Source: Octopus sinensis (Eukaryota). From it: a stretch of DNA of 64,000 bases. The notes under the pieces are model-generated. The model did no database searches, was not told the DNA's origin, and was given only the letters and a program-made list of their open reading frames with translations. The stretch is taken from assembly GCF_006345805.1 (NCBI RefSeq), contig NC_043005.1:46376001-46440000 (forward strand), read 5' to 3'. Shown here one piece after another: positions 11,661 to 23,831 of the stretch. Made by a program: the position numbers and the translations under genes. Numbering within the stretch: position 1 is the stretch's first letter; each line of letters starts with the position of its first letter.

Positions 11661-12506
11661 CGAGTGGTGGTGGCGGGCGTGTGTATTCCGATATATTCAG
11701 TCAAGGGGCGCTCGTTAAGACAAGTTATGTTGTTAACATGACTGCACATTTTCTATATCAATTTCTGTTTTTCAAGCTATCTAATTACTTTCTTGATAGT
11801 TGGCTGTAAAATAAATCTACAACGAGACGGGACTGGACGGGATTATTAGTATTATAGTTTCCATGCTTCATGTAAAGCTCATTCATTTTTAAGGGTTTAT
11901 TATCCAATCTCTTATGCAGCTCTAACGCCTTATAAAGCGATCAGAGGCACGCTTTATTTATTAGATGCTCATAGTCATACGACTGGTGACTCTCAGAGAA
12001 GAAAAACATCTTGCAAGTCACACAGCATCGGCGAGAAAATTTACAGTTATATTTTCATGAAGATATAACCCATCTACACACAAACACACACACACGGATT
12101 TCTAAAAACACATACATATACACACACGGTTCAGTCGTACATACAGGCATGCAGGCAGTCATAAACGGCATTTCTATATATAGACACGCAAACAAAACAC
12201 ACACACACACACACGCATTCTCCAATATTATGCATTGCCATACATTCTCAGATTAGTAACAGGGAAACGTTACTGGGTAGAAAAGCAGCAGGAGTGGTGA
12301 GATGTGCTGTGGTGGGTGTGACCGAAGAAGGACTGGTTAACTGGCTGGCGGCCCGGCTACCTGGCGGACTAGCTGGCTGAATGAATGAATGTAGGGATGG
12401 AAGGATGGATCGATGTGTATGTATGAATGTATGTATGTATGTAGTATGTATGTATGTATGTATGTATGTAGTCATGTAAATATACATGTATGCGTGTGTA
12501 TATTAT

Positions 12507-12538
<32 letters not shown>

Positions 12539-12763
12539 TATAATATTATATTTATATATATATATATATATATACATATATATATGTATGTATGTATATA
12601 TATATATAAGTATATACAAAGAGCAATAAAGATTCAAGTTAATTTAAAAATTTACTTGAATATGGTACCTAACTTAGATGCACCAAAAAGAACTATACTG
12701 ATTTAACAATACAGTAATGTGGGGTGATTATAAGCGAGAAAGAAGCAACAAGAATGGATAGGT

Positions 12764-12855
12764 TTTTAGTACGATCGTTTCATACAAGGACAGGTTTTAT
12801 TAAAAGTTGCAAAGATTACAGCATAATAAACGAGTCCCGTACTCATCAGCTAAAA
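12764..12855 (-). ncRNA. Type I hammerhead ribozyme (left arm)
   Basis: Minus strand reads TTTTAG-CTGATGA-GTACGGGAC...GTCCTTGTAT-GAAA-CGATCG-TA-CTAAAA. Stem I is 6 bp, stem II is extended, stem III is the palindrome ACGATCGT, and the cleavage triplet is GUA. Confidence 0.85.
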
Positions 12856-13046
12856 TACATGTAAGTTCCCTAGACATCCTAGTGTTTGAGGCTATACTCA
12901 TGAAGTAATGTAGATAATTAAACAGATTTCTAAAGTTCATTAAAGTTCCTTTAAGGAACTTTAATGAACTTTAGAAATCTGTTTAATTATCTACATTACT
13001 TCATGAGTATAGCCTCAACACTAGGATGTCTAGAGAACTTACATGT

Positions 13047-13136
13047 ATTTTGCTGATGAGTACGGGACTCGTTTATATGCTGTAATCTTTGCAACTTTTA
13101 ATAAAACCTGTCCTGTATGAAACGATCGTACTAAAA
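13047..13136 (+). ncRNA. Type I hammerhead ribozyme (right arm)
   Basis: CTGATGA 13053-13059; stem II GTACGGGAC/GTCCTGTAT (9 bp); GAAA 13119-13122; CGATCG; cleavage after A13130. Stem I is weakened by a missing A relative to the left arm. Confidence 0.8.
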
Positions 13137-13182
13137 ACCTATCCATTCTTGTTGCTTCTTTCTCGCGTATATAAGTATATAT

Positions 13183-13214
<32 letters not shown>

Positions 13215-13355
13215 CATATGTATATATATATATACACACACGTGTACATATATAATTATATACATATAAATATGTATTCATGCACACATACACACATATA
13301 TATATATGTATGCAGAGGCATCTATACATATATGTATAAATAAAATACTATATGT

Positions 13356-13391
<36 letters not shown>

Positions 13392-13474
13392 GCAACAGAC
13401 GTATGCATGAGGTTGTGTCTTTTGATGCTTCTTTGCGTGCAAGCACGTAAGAGTGTGTCTATGTGCATGTGTGT

Positions 13475-13525
<51 letters not shown>

Positions 13526-14388
13526 CGTGCGTGCTCGTGTCTCTGTGTGAATGTGTATCTTTTTTGGGAGGAGAGAAAGAGGTGAGAGCAGGGTCTGCAC
13601 TCTGCTTGAAATTCATAAGCAACAGAAATGGAATAGAATAATGCATGAGAATAACTGATTAATGGTTGCTGAGCGTCGAAATGCCTCTTTTATGTGCATT
13701 ATATCCCAAACCTGATGTCTCTTTAACACTGCAGCTAGACTGAGAACTACGAACCTGATGTCTTTAAAGCTGTAAGTAAAGACAACAGGCCTTCAAAAAC
13801 CGGACCTATTTTGCCTATATCCGTAAGCAACCCTAAGCGACACTTCCATTTATCTGATTTATTTAGATTTGTTTTTCTCTTCCATCAACCTGACTCATTC
13901 AATAGATTTGTCTTCGATATATTCTCGTTCTAACTTGACATAATTTGTTTAGTTTGACTGCAAATTTGGCGCAAAAATATTACCTAGAAATATCTTTTAA
14001 GATGGCTAACCTCACATGCTCTCTCTTTGCCGTTATAAAATATAAAAATACTTATTATAGACATCATTAATGCGCAGTTCAGCATGGCAATGGAAAACCA
14101 TATCTTGCACAGTCAAAATAGTCATCTTATTACTTTATAACTTACTTCCTCCTTTTCTTCTTTAGGTTTCTTTTCCTTTTCCTTCTTTCTTTTTCTGCTT
14201 TATTCCATCTCTCCTTCGCTTAGCTATTACAGCCTTTGTAGATTTTCACTCCAGTCTAGCGAAACTTGTTCAGAATTTTCTGCATTCATCATCAACTGGA
14301 ACTAATTTGCTTTAATAGAACAAACGCAATTACTTTACATGTTTTATTTGTATATTATACTAAAATATGCTCTGTTGCTGCATTGAAA

Positions 14389-14505
<117 letters not shown>

Positions 14506-14724
14506 CTCGACATGGACGGACGCTAGTCAAATGGGCTCCACGTAAGTTGGTCATTTTGTACGTGAAAATCGTTTATTGTGAAATATTTTGTGTTTTAAAA
14601 AATGTGCAACAACATCCACTGCAAACCTGATTAATATCTACACAAAAATTTTGCCCCTTGTGGGCAAAATTTAAAAGAAAATTCTCATAGCCTTCGTGGT
14701 TTCATTTAGCCATTTTATTTCCAA

Positions 14725-16400
14725 ATGGCCACTGGTCACACGAGGCTGAGGTGCAAGTCAAGCGTGACGCAGAGGCAGAAAACAGGATGCTCTGTTACCT
14801 TACGTTACGCTGAACCTGACAACTCCGCCACCATCAACATCGACAACAGCAACAAATACAAAACAAAGGTCGCAATGCCAAGCACCGTCACACCATCAGT
14901 GAGTCCACCACCACCACACCACCACACCGACAACAACACCATGGCAGAATCTGCTACTAAAACTGCTATCCCTACTAAAGACGTTGCCACCAATAACAAT
15001 ACCAACATCACCGCCACCAAAGACCGTGCCGTCAATGCTACTAATACTACTAACACCACCGCCGTCACCAAGAACGACAATAACAACAACAACAACAACA
15101 ACAACACGAGACGACGACGACAACAACAATTCCTTCAACCACTGCTCACTCCATCACCAACAAGTGAAAAAAAACGACGACAAGCAAACGAAATGCCGAA
15201 ATTTGCGCTAATGCAGGACTAAATTACGCAGGCAATTTTCCCCCCTTGCTAGTTGCATAATCAGCAACCACAACCTACAACCCACACCCCTGCCATCAAC
15301 AAAACACCAACACCACCGGCAGTAACAACAATAACAAAACAACAACAAACTTCGCCGAGGCGATAAAAGAAAAGGTAACAAAAGTTTCGTTTACTACACA
15401 ACAGATTAAAGATTGCAGAAACCTTATTACAAATCAAAACGGAAAATATACTCTTACACATACCTCAGCACATACTGAATGAGGAGAAAAAAAACAATTG
15501 TATATAAAATCACAAATAAAAAAACAAAAAGTCCAGAAAAGGCAAGCACAGACAAGTCGAAAAGTGCTTACGCCCCATCTGGGGATACAAAGATTGTGTG
15601 ACTTGGGCGAACAAGTTCGCACACGTACAGGTGTTTTTCAGAATGAAGAGTTGGCGAAGAATTCTCAACGATAACCCTTCATTCTGATGAACTAACGTTG
15701 ACACCGAGTTACCTCGGCCAGAAGGTGACGAAAGTCATTATCAGTGGTGTCCCCCAAGTGACTACAACACTGTGGATTACATCCGCCTTACATCCGAAAT
15801 GGAGGACATAAACATCCTAGATATCGGTGTTTCGGAAAACAAGGACTGGCTGGGAAAGAGAATAGAGTTCCTCTTCCACATAAGTCAAGAGGACATAAAT
15901 AAACCCCCACCCACGTACATCTTGAGGATGGCCGCAAGTTATACGTAGTAGTCGAGGGCAGAAGGCCACGATGCTATACATGTGGCAGTGAGCCACACCT
16001 CAAAAAGGAGTGCAAATCTGCCGCAAAATTACAACAACAACAACAGCCACAGGAAAAATCACAAAAGCCAGGATTATTGCCCACACCACAATATGGACAG
16101 CTAGTCAAGAAGCTGTATGCGGAAAATGCAGGAAAAACAACAAAGAACAGCCAACCCAACCAAACAACACCAACACCAGCGCCAAGAACAGAATCATCAC
16201 CACCAACAACAAATAAACCAATTCCAACACCAAGAATAACAACGAAGAAGACAAGCACCAAGATGTAGGAGAGACAATAACCACAACAAACCCCCAGCAA
16301 CGATTAAAGTTCGACAGAATGGCAAATAGCCACAGGGGGTAAAAGAAAAAGATCAAGAAAAACCAAACAAGAAATCGCAACCAAAGCAGGGAGATACCTG
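14725..16400 (+). pseudogene. Tx1 ORF1 (gag-like), frameshifted
   Basis: Thr/Asn-rich N-terminus, then TPSYLGQKVTKVIISGVP...EDGRKLYVVVEGRRPR-CYTCGSEPHLKKEC (Cx2Cx4Hx4C at 15972-16013). The end is approximate. Confidence 0.75.
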
Positions 16401-16781
16401 ACCCTGAAACTCCATACACAACAAACAAGCACCAACACCACAAAAACAATGCTATCAGCGATAGACCCAAAAGACTCCAAACTAATGGAGTACATCACAG
16501 ATACACAAACATTTGTGAAGATGACTTTAAAAATAGCAATCATCCACGCACTACACCCCCCAAACACATCACAATACTACACATCACACAAACACAACAC
16601 CACAAACTCAAAGCCCTCTTCCCAAATGCTGTAGGGGGTTTCCAGAAATATCTGTCCCAAAAACTATATAGAAACCTCCTCGAAGACACATCAAAGAACG
16701 AGGAAGCCAAAACTTTCGACACAAGTAAGTAACTCTCTGTACTTTCATTTGTGTGTTTTAAAGCACACACCCTATAGAATC

Positions 16782-19700
16782 ATGGTCAAGATTGGTTGTG
16801 TGAATGCGCGTGGCTTGGGGTCTCCTTGGAAACAAGGATACCCTCCTAAATGACATCAAGTCACATGATTTGGGAATCATAGCCATAAGTGAGACCAGAC
16901 TCCACGAGCCACGGGCCCTAAAGTCCATGTTTGGGCGGACAGTTTAACATTTATTTCGCTCCCTGTCTGCCGAGGATGGGCGGTAGTGGCACCCGCGGTA
17001 CTTTTTCACAAGAGCCTGGATCTCGAAGTCAAGACGATATTCGTAGACCCGGAGGGTAGACTGATCGTTCTGATGTTGACGGCAGCAATGGGTGCGCTTT
17101 TCGACTCGTATCAGTCTACGCACCGCCTTAACAGGTCGGGCGATTTCTTTCGACGTCTAGAAGTATTCTTGGGAACGTCTCGTCCTTTACTCTTAGTGGG
17201 GGATTGGAATGCTACCTTGGACACGCATGTAGACTACGTGGGTAGAGACAGAAACAGAAGGGGATGCAAATGCCTCAGAGACCTGCTCAGACGATTCCAA
17301 CTGTCTGACAGGTACCGACTCGACCACCCAATGCACCAACGTGGACATGGAGCAACCGCATGGGTCGTCGAGATCGTATCTAGATAGGATACTGTGTAGG
17401 ACAGTAGGCAAGATAACTTAGGATGTCCACAATTCCACACAGTCAGCTACACGGATCACAAATTGGTGACGTGTATGCTAGACTTAGATAAGGCACATAG
17501 ACAGGTCCTGGGTACTGGAAACTGAACGCATCATTCCCGTCCAGACAAGTTTTCAGAGACCGGATTAGCACACTAGTAAAGAGGGCTTTGACGGGAGCCA
17601 TCATCAACAACAAATGGTGGTTTGCCCTCAAGAGAGCAGTAAAAGCAGAAGCGATTAGGTACAGCAAACACTAGCCATAGATAGAAATAGAGTAGAGGGT
17701 GAGCTAGTTAAGAAGCTAGAAGAGGCAATTAGAAGCGGCATCGCATCCGACGTTTTGGCGGCGAGGTTGGGCCCTCGACCAACACTTCAACGCCAAACAC
17801 GAAGGATGTGCTGTCAGAGCTAGGATGCGTGCTCTAAGGAACGAAGGTGTTGGAGCCGCGAGAGAGGCCCGGGTGGCAGAGGCGCAACAGGGCAACAAAG
17901 CCACCATTCGTCACTGGTAGATGAACAGGCGCGAATTGCTCGAGCCAAGTAAATGTGTGAGGCCTTCAGCAGCATTTTGCCCGACTGTTCGGGACGAGTG
18001 GAGGGCAAGAACGTAGGGTAGACTTCAGTGCCTACCTACATAGCCTGCCACGACTCTCGACAAGAAAGGCAGGGTGCTGCGAAGGTGCCATCACGGCGGC
18101 GGAAGTGCGGGAAGCGATGGCAGAATGCTCGAGGGACAAATCACCGGGTTTGGATGGTCTACCCTACGAATTTTACTATTGTATGCCAGACTTGTTTGGA
18201 GACGTCTTGGCAGCGGTATACTGCAACTGGCAGCAAAACGGGAGCATACCCGTTTTGTGAGTCGAGGAGCTGTAACTCTGCTGAAGAAATCCAAACAAGG
18301 AAACATTATAGATAACTTTAGGCCAATCACTCTGCTCAATGCAGACCTGAAAATTTTGACAAAGGTGTTAGCCAAGAGGTTGGCGCTTGTCATCGAGAAA
18401 CTGGTCGACAACGCAAAACGTGCGCCGTGCCGGGCCGGAGCATCCATGACAACCTCCATCTGATGCGCTACATCATAGACAGGGTAGTTAACGAACCTGG
18501 CATGGGTGGGGCCCTGATCAACTTGGATCAATCGAAAGCCTTTGATAGGGTAGACCATCGATACTTGGAGGCAGTCCTGAGAGCGCTGGTTTCGGGCCCG
18601 TCTTCCGCGGCTGGATAGCTGCCTTGTACAGAGGCATCCGTTCGGTAATTCGCGTAAATGGACATCTATCGAGACCCTTCGACATTGCACGTTCGGTCCG
18701 TCAGGATGCCCCCTCTCGGCGCTTCTATACGTATTGACTCTTGAGCCACTACTGCGGAAGCTGGCGACTCTGAGGGGCATCCCGCGAGAATTAGGATGCG
18801 GGACGAGCGTGTCTGCATACGCGGACGACGTCACCGTCATAGTGTCAAGCCACGAGCACATCGAGCGGGTCGGCGAGACACTGAAAGACTACGAAGCGGT
18901 GACAGGAGCAAAAATCAACCGGAAAAGTCAGTGGGCTTGCGGCTCGGCACCTGGAGAAGCAAGCCCATGCCGTCCACCAGTACCTCCGTCGTGGGACGCT
19001 GGACAGACGGCCCGTTGAGTTGCTCGGGTCTGGTTCGGTCCGGACCTCCAAATGGAGAAGAACTGGAACGAGATAACGAGTAGGGTGGTCACTCTCGCTC
19101 TCGCCCAGCAATGGGCGAGAGGAAACTGTCCCTAAAAGGTCGGGCGGAGGTGGTGAACGCGTACATCGCGTCCATCATCTACTACCGCCTGACCGTCGTA
19201 CCTTGTCCCGACCCTACCATCACCAAACTAGAACGCATTCTCTTCCGCTTTTTGTGGAAAGGATGCGTCCCGATGGTCAGGCGATCCATTTGCTGTCAAC
19301 ACCCGTTAACAGGAGGGCTGGGCATGCGTGGTGATGATGCGCAGACACGCGCTGAGACTGCGACATCTCCGGCTCTATGTAGACGACGGTGAACAGGTGT
19401 GGTCGCCGTTTGTGAGGCACGCATTCCCGCAACTCGTCTCCATGACCGAACTACAGTCGTGGATCAAAAAGAGGCCGAAGAAGGGCGAATGGCACCGCGA
19501 GTGTCGCGTTGCTCTCAAGCAACTCTGCCGTCCCGGGTCGACCTTGAGTGACTTCAACACAACCAAAGCATTCTATAGGGGATTAGTGGAGGGGAGGTAC
19601 GACGACGAGCTCGGGGCAAACCTGGGCGTCGACGAGGAATACCTGACCCCCTGTTTCAAACGACTTTCGGCCCGGGACCTATGGACAACTTCCAGAGATC

Positions 19701-20093
19701 CCTGGCCTGGCGGTGCTACGAGAAGCGCTACCCGTTCGGGATAAGCTCTATAGGCATGGCTCGAGAAACACGGGGCCGACCTGCCCGAGATGCGGGCAGA
19801 GCGTCGAAACCGCTCTGCACGCAATCGTGCAGTGTCCAGCAATTTCCCACCTGTGGGCTTATGTCGAACGACTGCTGTCACGTGTGGGACGTGTCGGTTT
19901 ATCAGCCGAGTCTATCGTTAATATCGTCACGCCTCCTTCCTTCAAACGGGAAGGAAGAGCTATTTTTATCATACTTGTGGCTATGGCGAAAGAATGTATC
20001 TGGTGGACGCGTCTGAAAGGATTAGAGACAAACACTTTCCTCTCTGGTCAATCTCTCATCAACTTCTTCAAGTATCACTTGAAGAAAAAGTGA
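16782..20093 (+). pseudogene. Tx1 ORF2: apurinic-like endonuclease, reverse transcriptase and C-terminal Zn motif, with many 1-bp frameshifts
   Basis: APE motifs: MVKIGCVNARGL, IIAISETR, LLVGDWNATLD, SYLDRI, YTDHKLV, GPGYWKLNAS. RT motifs: SPGLDGLPYEFY, NFRPITLLNADLKILTKVLAKRL, LDQSKAFDRVDH, QGCPLS, YADDV. C-terminal: [34 protein letters not shown]. Confidence 0.92.
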
Positions 20094-20615
20094 GAGTAGA
20101 GAGGCAAGTTTTGTCTAGTGAATGTTTTAAAAAAATGGGTGAATGTAGCAAGGATGGCACGTATGAATGACGAAGCCACCTTGACTATGATTCTATGAAC
20201 CGTAAAAATTAATACAGAGAGTTGCTTATTTGCAAAAAAAAAAAAGAAATATAACATGTGACTTCATTGACCGAGGTTACCGTGGTCTTTTCCGTAGGCT
20301 TTTCTTTCCACGGGTAAACCTCACCTGTCCTCCCCTTCACACTTCATATTGACATTTCTGTGATAACGATCCCTATTGATCAATTTTTCCTCTCCCCCTT
20401 TTTTTTAACCCCCCCCTTTTTTTTGTCCTCTTTCTCTCCTTTTACGATCCCGTTTGATCGACCCTCCCCCTTTTTATTTTTTTTAAATTTTATTTATTTA
20501 TTTATTTTTTATTTATTTATTTATTTATTATTTTTTTTTTAAACCTTCAAAAGAAAAGCCCTACCTTGTAATTTGTTCTATCTGTGTGCAGCCCTGTGTG
20601 GCTAATAAAGAAACA

Positions 20616-20616
<1 letters not shown>

Positions 20617-20651
<35 letters not shown>

Positions 20652-20668
20652 CATCTATCCATCTATCC

Positions 20669-20733
<65 letters not shown>

Positions 20734-20773
20734 CCTACCTACCTTTCTATCTATCTATCTATCTATCTATCTG

Positions 20774-20810
<37 letters not shown>

Positions 20811-20911
20811 ATCTATCTATCTATCTATATTATATATCTGTATATACATACATATATATATATACATACATATATATATGTATATTATAAATATAATATA
20901 TATATATATAT

Positions 20912-20980
<69 letters not shown>
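20617..20980. repeat. (ATCT)n followed by (TA)n/(TG)n
   Basis: Directly visible; abuts the Tx1 3' end. Confidence 0.95.
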
Positions 20981-20981
<1 letters not shown>

Positions 20982-21248
20982 ACATAAATATAAGAAAAGA
21001 AGGAAGAGGATAGAATTTGGTCAGTGTGGCATTTATACGGAACTAGGTCGTCTGTTTATAACCATCTGCCTTAAGCTATTGTTCTCGCTTACCATGGTTG
21101 AATAATAATATTTTCATCCAGTATAGAAATTTGATACCCAGCAACTTCGTTAGGTCACCGAAATAATCGCTTTTGGCTAATCCTTCCATTTCATTCCTTT
21201 CTATTTTTCTCTTTTCTTTTCTTATTTTCCTTTCTTTTGGCAGTTGAT

Positions 21249-21379
21249 TTGTTGGACTCTGACGAAGGTAGCATTGTGACGGTCGTTCACTATGATTTTA
21301 ATCTATCAATCGATCAGTTGATTAAATTGAGCCATGGACGCACCCAAAATGATTATCTGAAACGGCCGTACGTCTACAA
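21249..21379 (+). ncRNA. Type I hammerhead ribozyme with long stem II insert
   Basis: TTGTTGGACT-CTGACGA(21259-65)-AGGTAGCATT...AATGATTATCT-GAAA(21359-62)-CGGCCG-TA-CGTCTACAA. Stem II is about 10 bp with one bulge, stem III is the palindrome ACGGCCGT, and the triplet is GUA. Stem I is about 8 bp with a T.C mismatch next to the core. Confidence 0.75.
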
Positions 21380-21632
21380 TGCACACGTAAATTTATAAAA
21401 TCCATAATTTAAGACTATTCTATATATCACTCTGTAATAAACATAGCTTACTAACTCGGTAATAGAATCATGGATTTACTAATATGAATGGTGATGGACT
21501 TCGAATTCGGATTATCCGGAACCCAATACCAGTCGCAAACACCTTCGTTAGCCTGTGTATTTGTATTTGCAGAGAGCTTAAGAAATATTTTACCCAGATT
21601 ACTAATTTTTTATTAATAACTCTCTCTATATC

Positions 21633-21664
<32 letters not shown>

Positions 21665-21750
21665 TGTATGTATGTATGTATGTATGTATGTATGTATGTA
21701 TGTATGTATGTATGTATGTATGTATGCATGTATGTATGTATGTATGCATA

Positions 21751-22298
21751 GGTCACTATCGAGTGCTACTGGTAACGTGTAACCCAGTACAACCTGTTGA
21801 ATGGTCGGGTCGTCAGCGACTAAACCGGCAACCCTACCAAGCTTGCTTGGTGAGAAGGGTGTTTATTGGACACCCTGCGGGATGAAAAACAAAACCCGTC
21901 AAAGGGCGGAGGAACTCTTAAAAGTCAACGGCCATCCAATAAATGTCTTAAGGCTGTATCATGCGCGGGGATATAGAAATAATCGGACTGAATAACCGAT
22001 CGCGCAGTTAAACCATTGGGAGTGAAGGACTCCTAGCCTTTGTTAGGGCATCCTTCTAGGAGAAGGTAACTCAGGTGACTGGGATAGCTCCGACATAAAA
22101 CCTGCGGCTCAGTGGTTACCGATGATATTGACTTGTTCTTCTTTTCGGATTATGGCTGCTGTTGCTTAGTGAGTGAGATTGACTCAGTGCGCAGCCTTTC
22201 CTCACTTTAAAAAAATCTTCTTGCACAGGCATTGCACGATATCAACATTGATTAAGCTTCGTGCAATGGCCATACTCGATAACGAGGGGGCAGCCACC
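21751..22298 (+). mobile_element. Possible RTE-clade-derived non-autonomous element (5'UTR-like plus 3'-end-like parts) between (TATG)n tracts
   Basis: GC-richer, hairpin-rich island containing GGGCATCCTTCTAGGAGAAGGTAACTC, which resembles an RTE 5'UTR motif from memory. Ends GAGGGGGCAGCCACCAT-ATATGTATGTATG. Confidence 0.45.
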
Positions 22299-22431
22299 AT
22301 ATATGTATGTATGTATATATATTGTGTACTGTTCCGTGATGGTAAGATCAACAACAAAAATACACCATCTGGTGAGAGATGAATATTATTTAATAAACAC
22401 AATGTAATTCAAATAATTAAATAATTCAAAA

Positions 22432-22482
22432 TATGAGATTCAGGTGTATTTTGAAACCTCGGAACAAATTCTCCTGTATATG

Positions 22483-22519
<37 letters not shown>

Positions 22520-22561
22520 GAGAATTTGTTCCGGGGTTTCAAAATACACCTGAATCTCATA
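22432..22561. repeat. 44-bp inverted repeat flanking a (TA)n(GA)n spacer
   Basis: Arms 22432-22475 and 22518-22561, one mismatch. Confidence 0.9.
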
Positions 22562-23649
22562 ACGTGTAGTTGTTTTTAAATTTTGTAATTAGTTCATTTA
22601 AATACCAAACCGGTTTCCATAATTTTCTGCTTATCAATGGTAAAAAATAAAATAAAATATAGGTTTTTGGAGAGTTTAAATTTCGTAAAAACATAATGAC
22701 TTTCACAGAGATAGGCAATAATATTGTATAAGTTTAAAAGTTCAATGAAGATCATAGCCAATACACACGATTGAACGTTCAGTCATTCAATTTTTATTTT
22801 AAAAAAGCGGTGGGAGCGATAGAAAAAGTACTGTGTAAAGGAGTTTTTTCTCAATTTCAGTTGTAATACATGAGGTTCTTTACGTTGGTCGCTTGTTTGA
22901 GTTCGAAATGTTATAAGTGAAAATCGTTTAGTACATATATATACTAAACAGGACAGTGGAGACATACAGGGAAACCGAACGAAAACAAACTTGGAGGGTC
23001 GTTAGACCTGTACGAGGGGAAAATAATAAACGCTGAAAGAAATATTTTCTTTGAAAAGAGAAAAGATAGAAGAGAGAGGTGAGAGACGACCAGTCCTTAG
23101 AAGGACAGCGCAGGAAAGAAAGATGGACGATGGTCACGTATGAGCAAAGATAGAAAAAAAGAGAAAGACAGGAAGAGGGAGATAGAGATAGAAAATAGTG
23201 AAAGCGAGAAAAAGCGAATTAGAGAGGATAGTGGAGAAAACAGTATAGAGCGCATCAAAATGCATATATTGGTACAAGACATCACTAACATTAAACAGCA
23301 TGAAATCCGAAAACAAATTAGTTAAATACGCAAATAACGAGAAAAAAAAGGACAAGTAATACAAAAAAATGACCCTTCATCAGTTGTCGGGTGTCTATTC
23401 CCTATTTCGAGCAATCAGCGACAATATGAATCTTCATTATTTATGTATGTGTGCGAGTGAGTGTGTGCGTGAAGATTTTCACGCACGAAGCTGTGACATC
23501 AAATAATCAATTATGTTGAGGTATATTTGGCCAGAAAAACAACATTTTCATTGCGGTTGCTATGGAAAAAAAACTCCTCTCGCTTTAGGTAGCATATGTA
23601 TGTATGCATGTATGTATGCATATATGTATGTATGTGTATGTCTGTATGC

Positions 23650-23831
23650 TTTTGTTTGTCTCCACACTACCGCTTGACAACTCATGTTGGTGTGTTTATG
23701 TCTAAATAACTTAGCGTCTCGGCAAAAGAGGCTTTAAAAAGTACTGGGGTCGATTCATTCTACTACTATTCCTCAAGGAGGTGTCCCAGCATCGCCGTAG
23801 TCGAATGACTGAAACAAGTGGAAAATAAAAG
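23650..23831 (+). mobile_element. SINE family B, 3' half, diverged
   Basis: CGCTTGACAACTCATGTTGGTGTGTTT...GGGGTCGATTC...ATGACTGAAACAAGT. Confidence 0.75.

Larger units (their letters stand above)
12734..13166. repeat. About 430-bp near-perfect palindrome (arms about 215 bp, centre about 12952) between (TA)n tracts
   Basis: GCGAGAAAGAAGCAACAAG...TAAAGTTCCTT-T-AAGGAACTTTA...CTTGTTGCTTCTTTCTCGC. The arms differ by about 4 single-base indels and 1 substitution. Confidence 0.95.
14506..20616 (+). mobile_element. Near-full-length Tx1-clade (L1 group) non-LTR retrotransposon
   Basis: ORF1 with a CCHC knuckle, ORF2 with APE-RT-zinc domains, and a 3'UTR ending AATAAAGAAACAT|(ATCT)n. Whether 14506-14724 is element 5'UTR is not certain. 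Confidence 0.9.

Noticed and set aside
14725-15222. Thr/Asn-rich 165-aa ORF as a separate host gene
   Set aside because: Better explained as the low-complexity start of Tx1 ORF1 or its 5' region.
15684-15750. CTGATGA followed later by GACGAAAGTC
   Set aside because: Lies within Tx1 ORF1 coding sequence; no consistent stems I-III.
23370-23430. Minus-strand ATA-TTGTCG...CGACAA-CTGATGA (stem I plus half core)
   Set aside because: No GAAA or stem III partner found; at most a remnant, so not called as a ribozyme.
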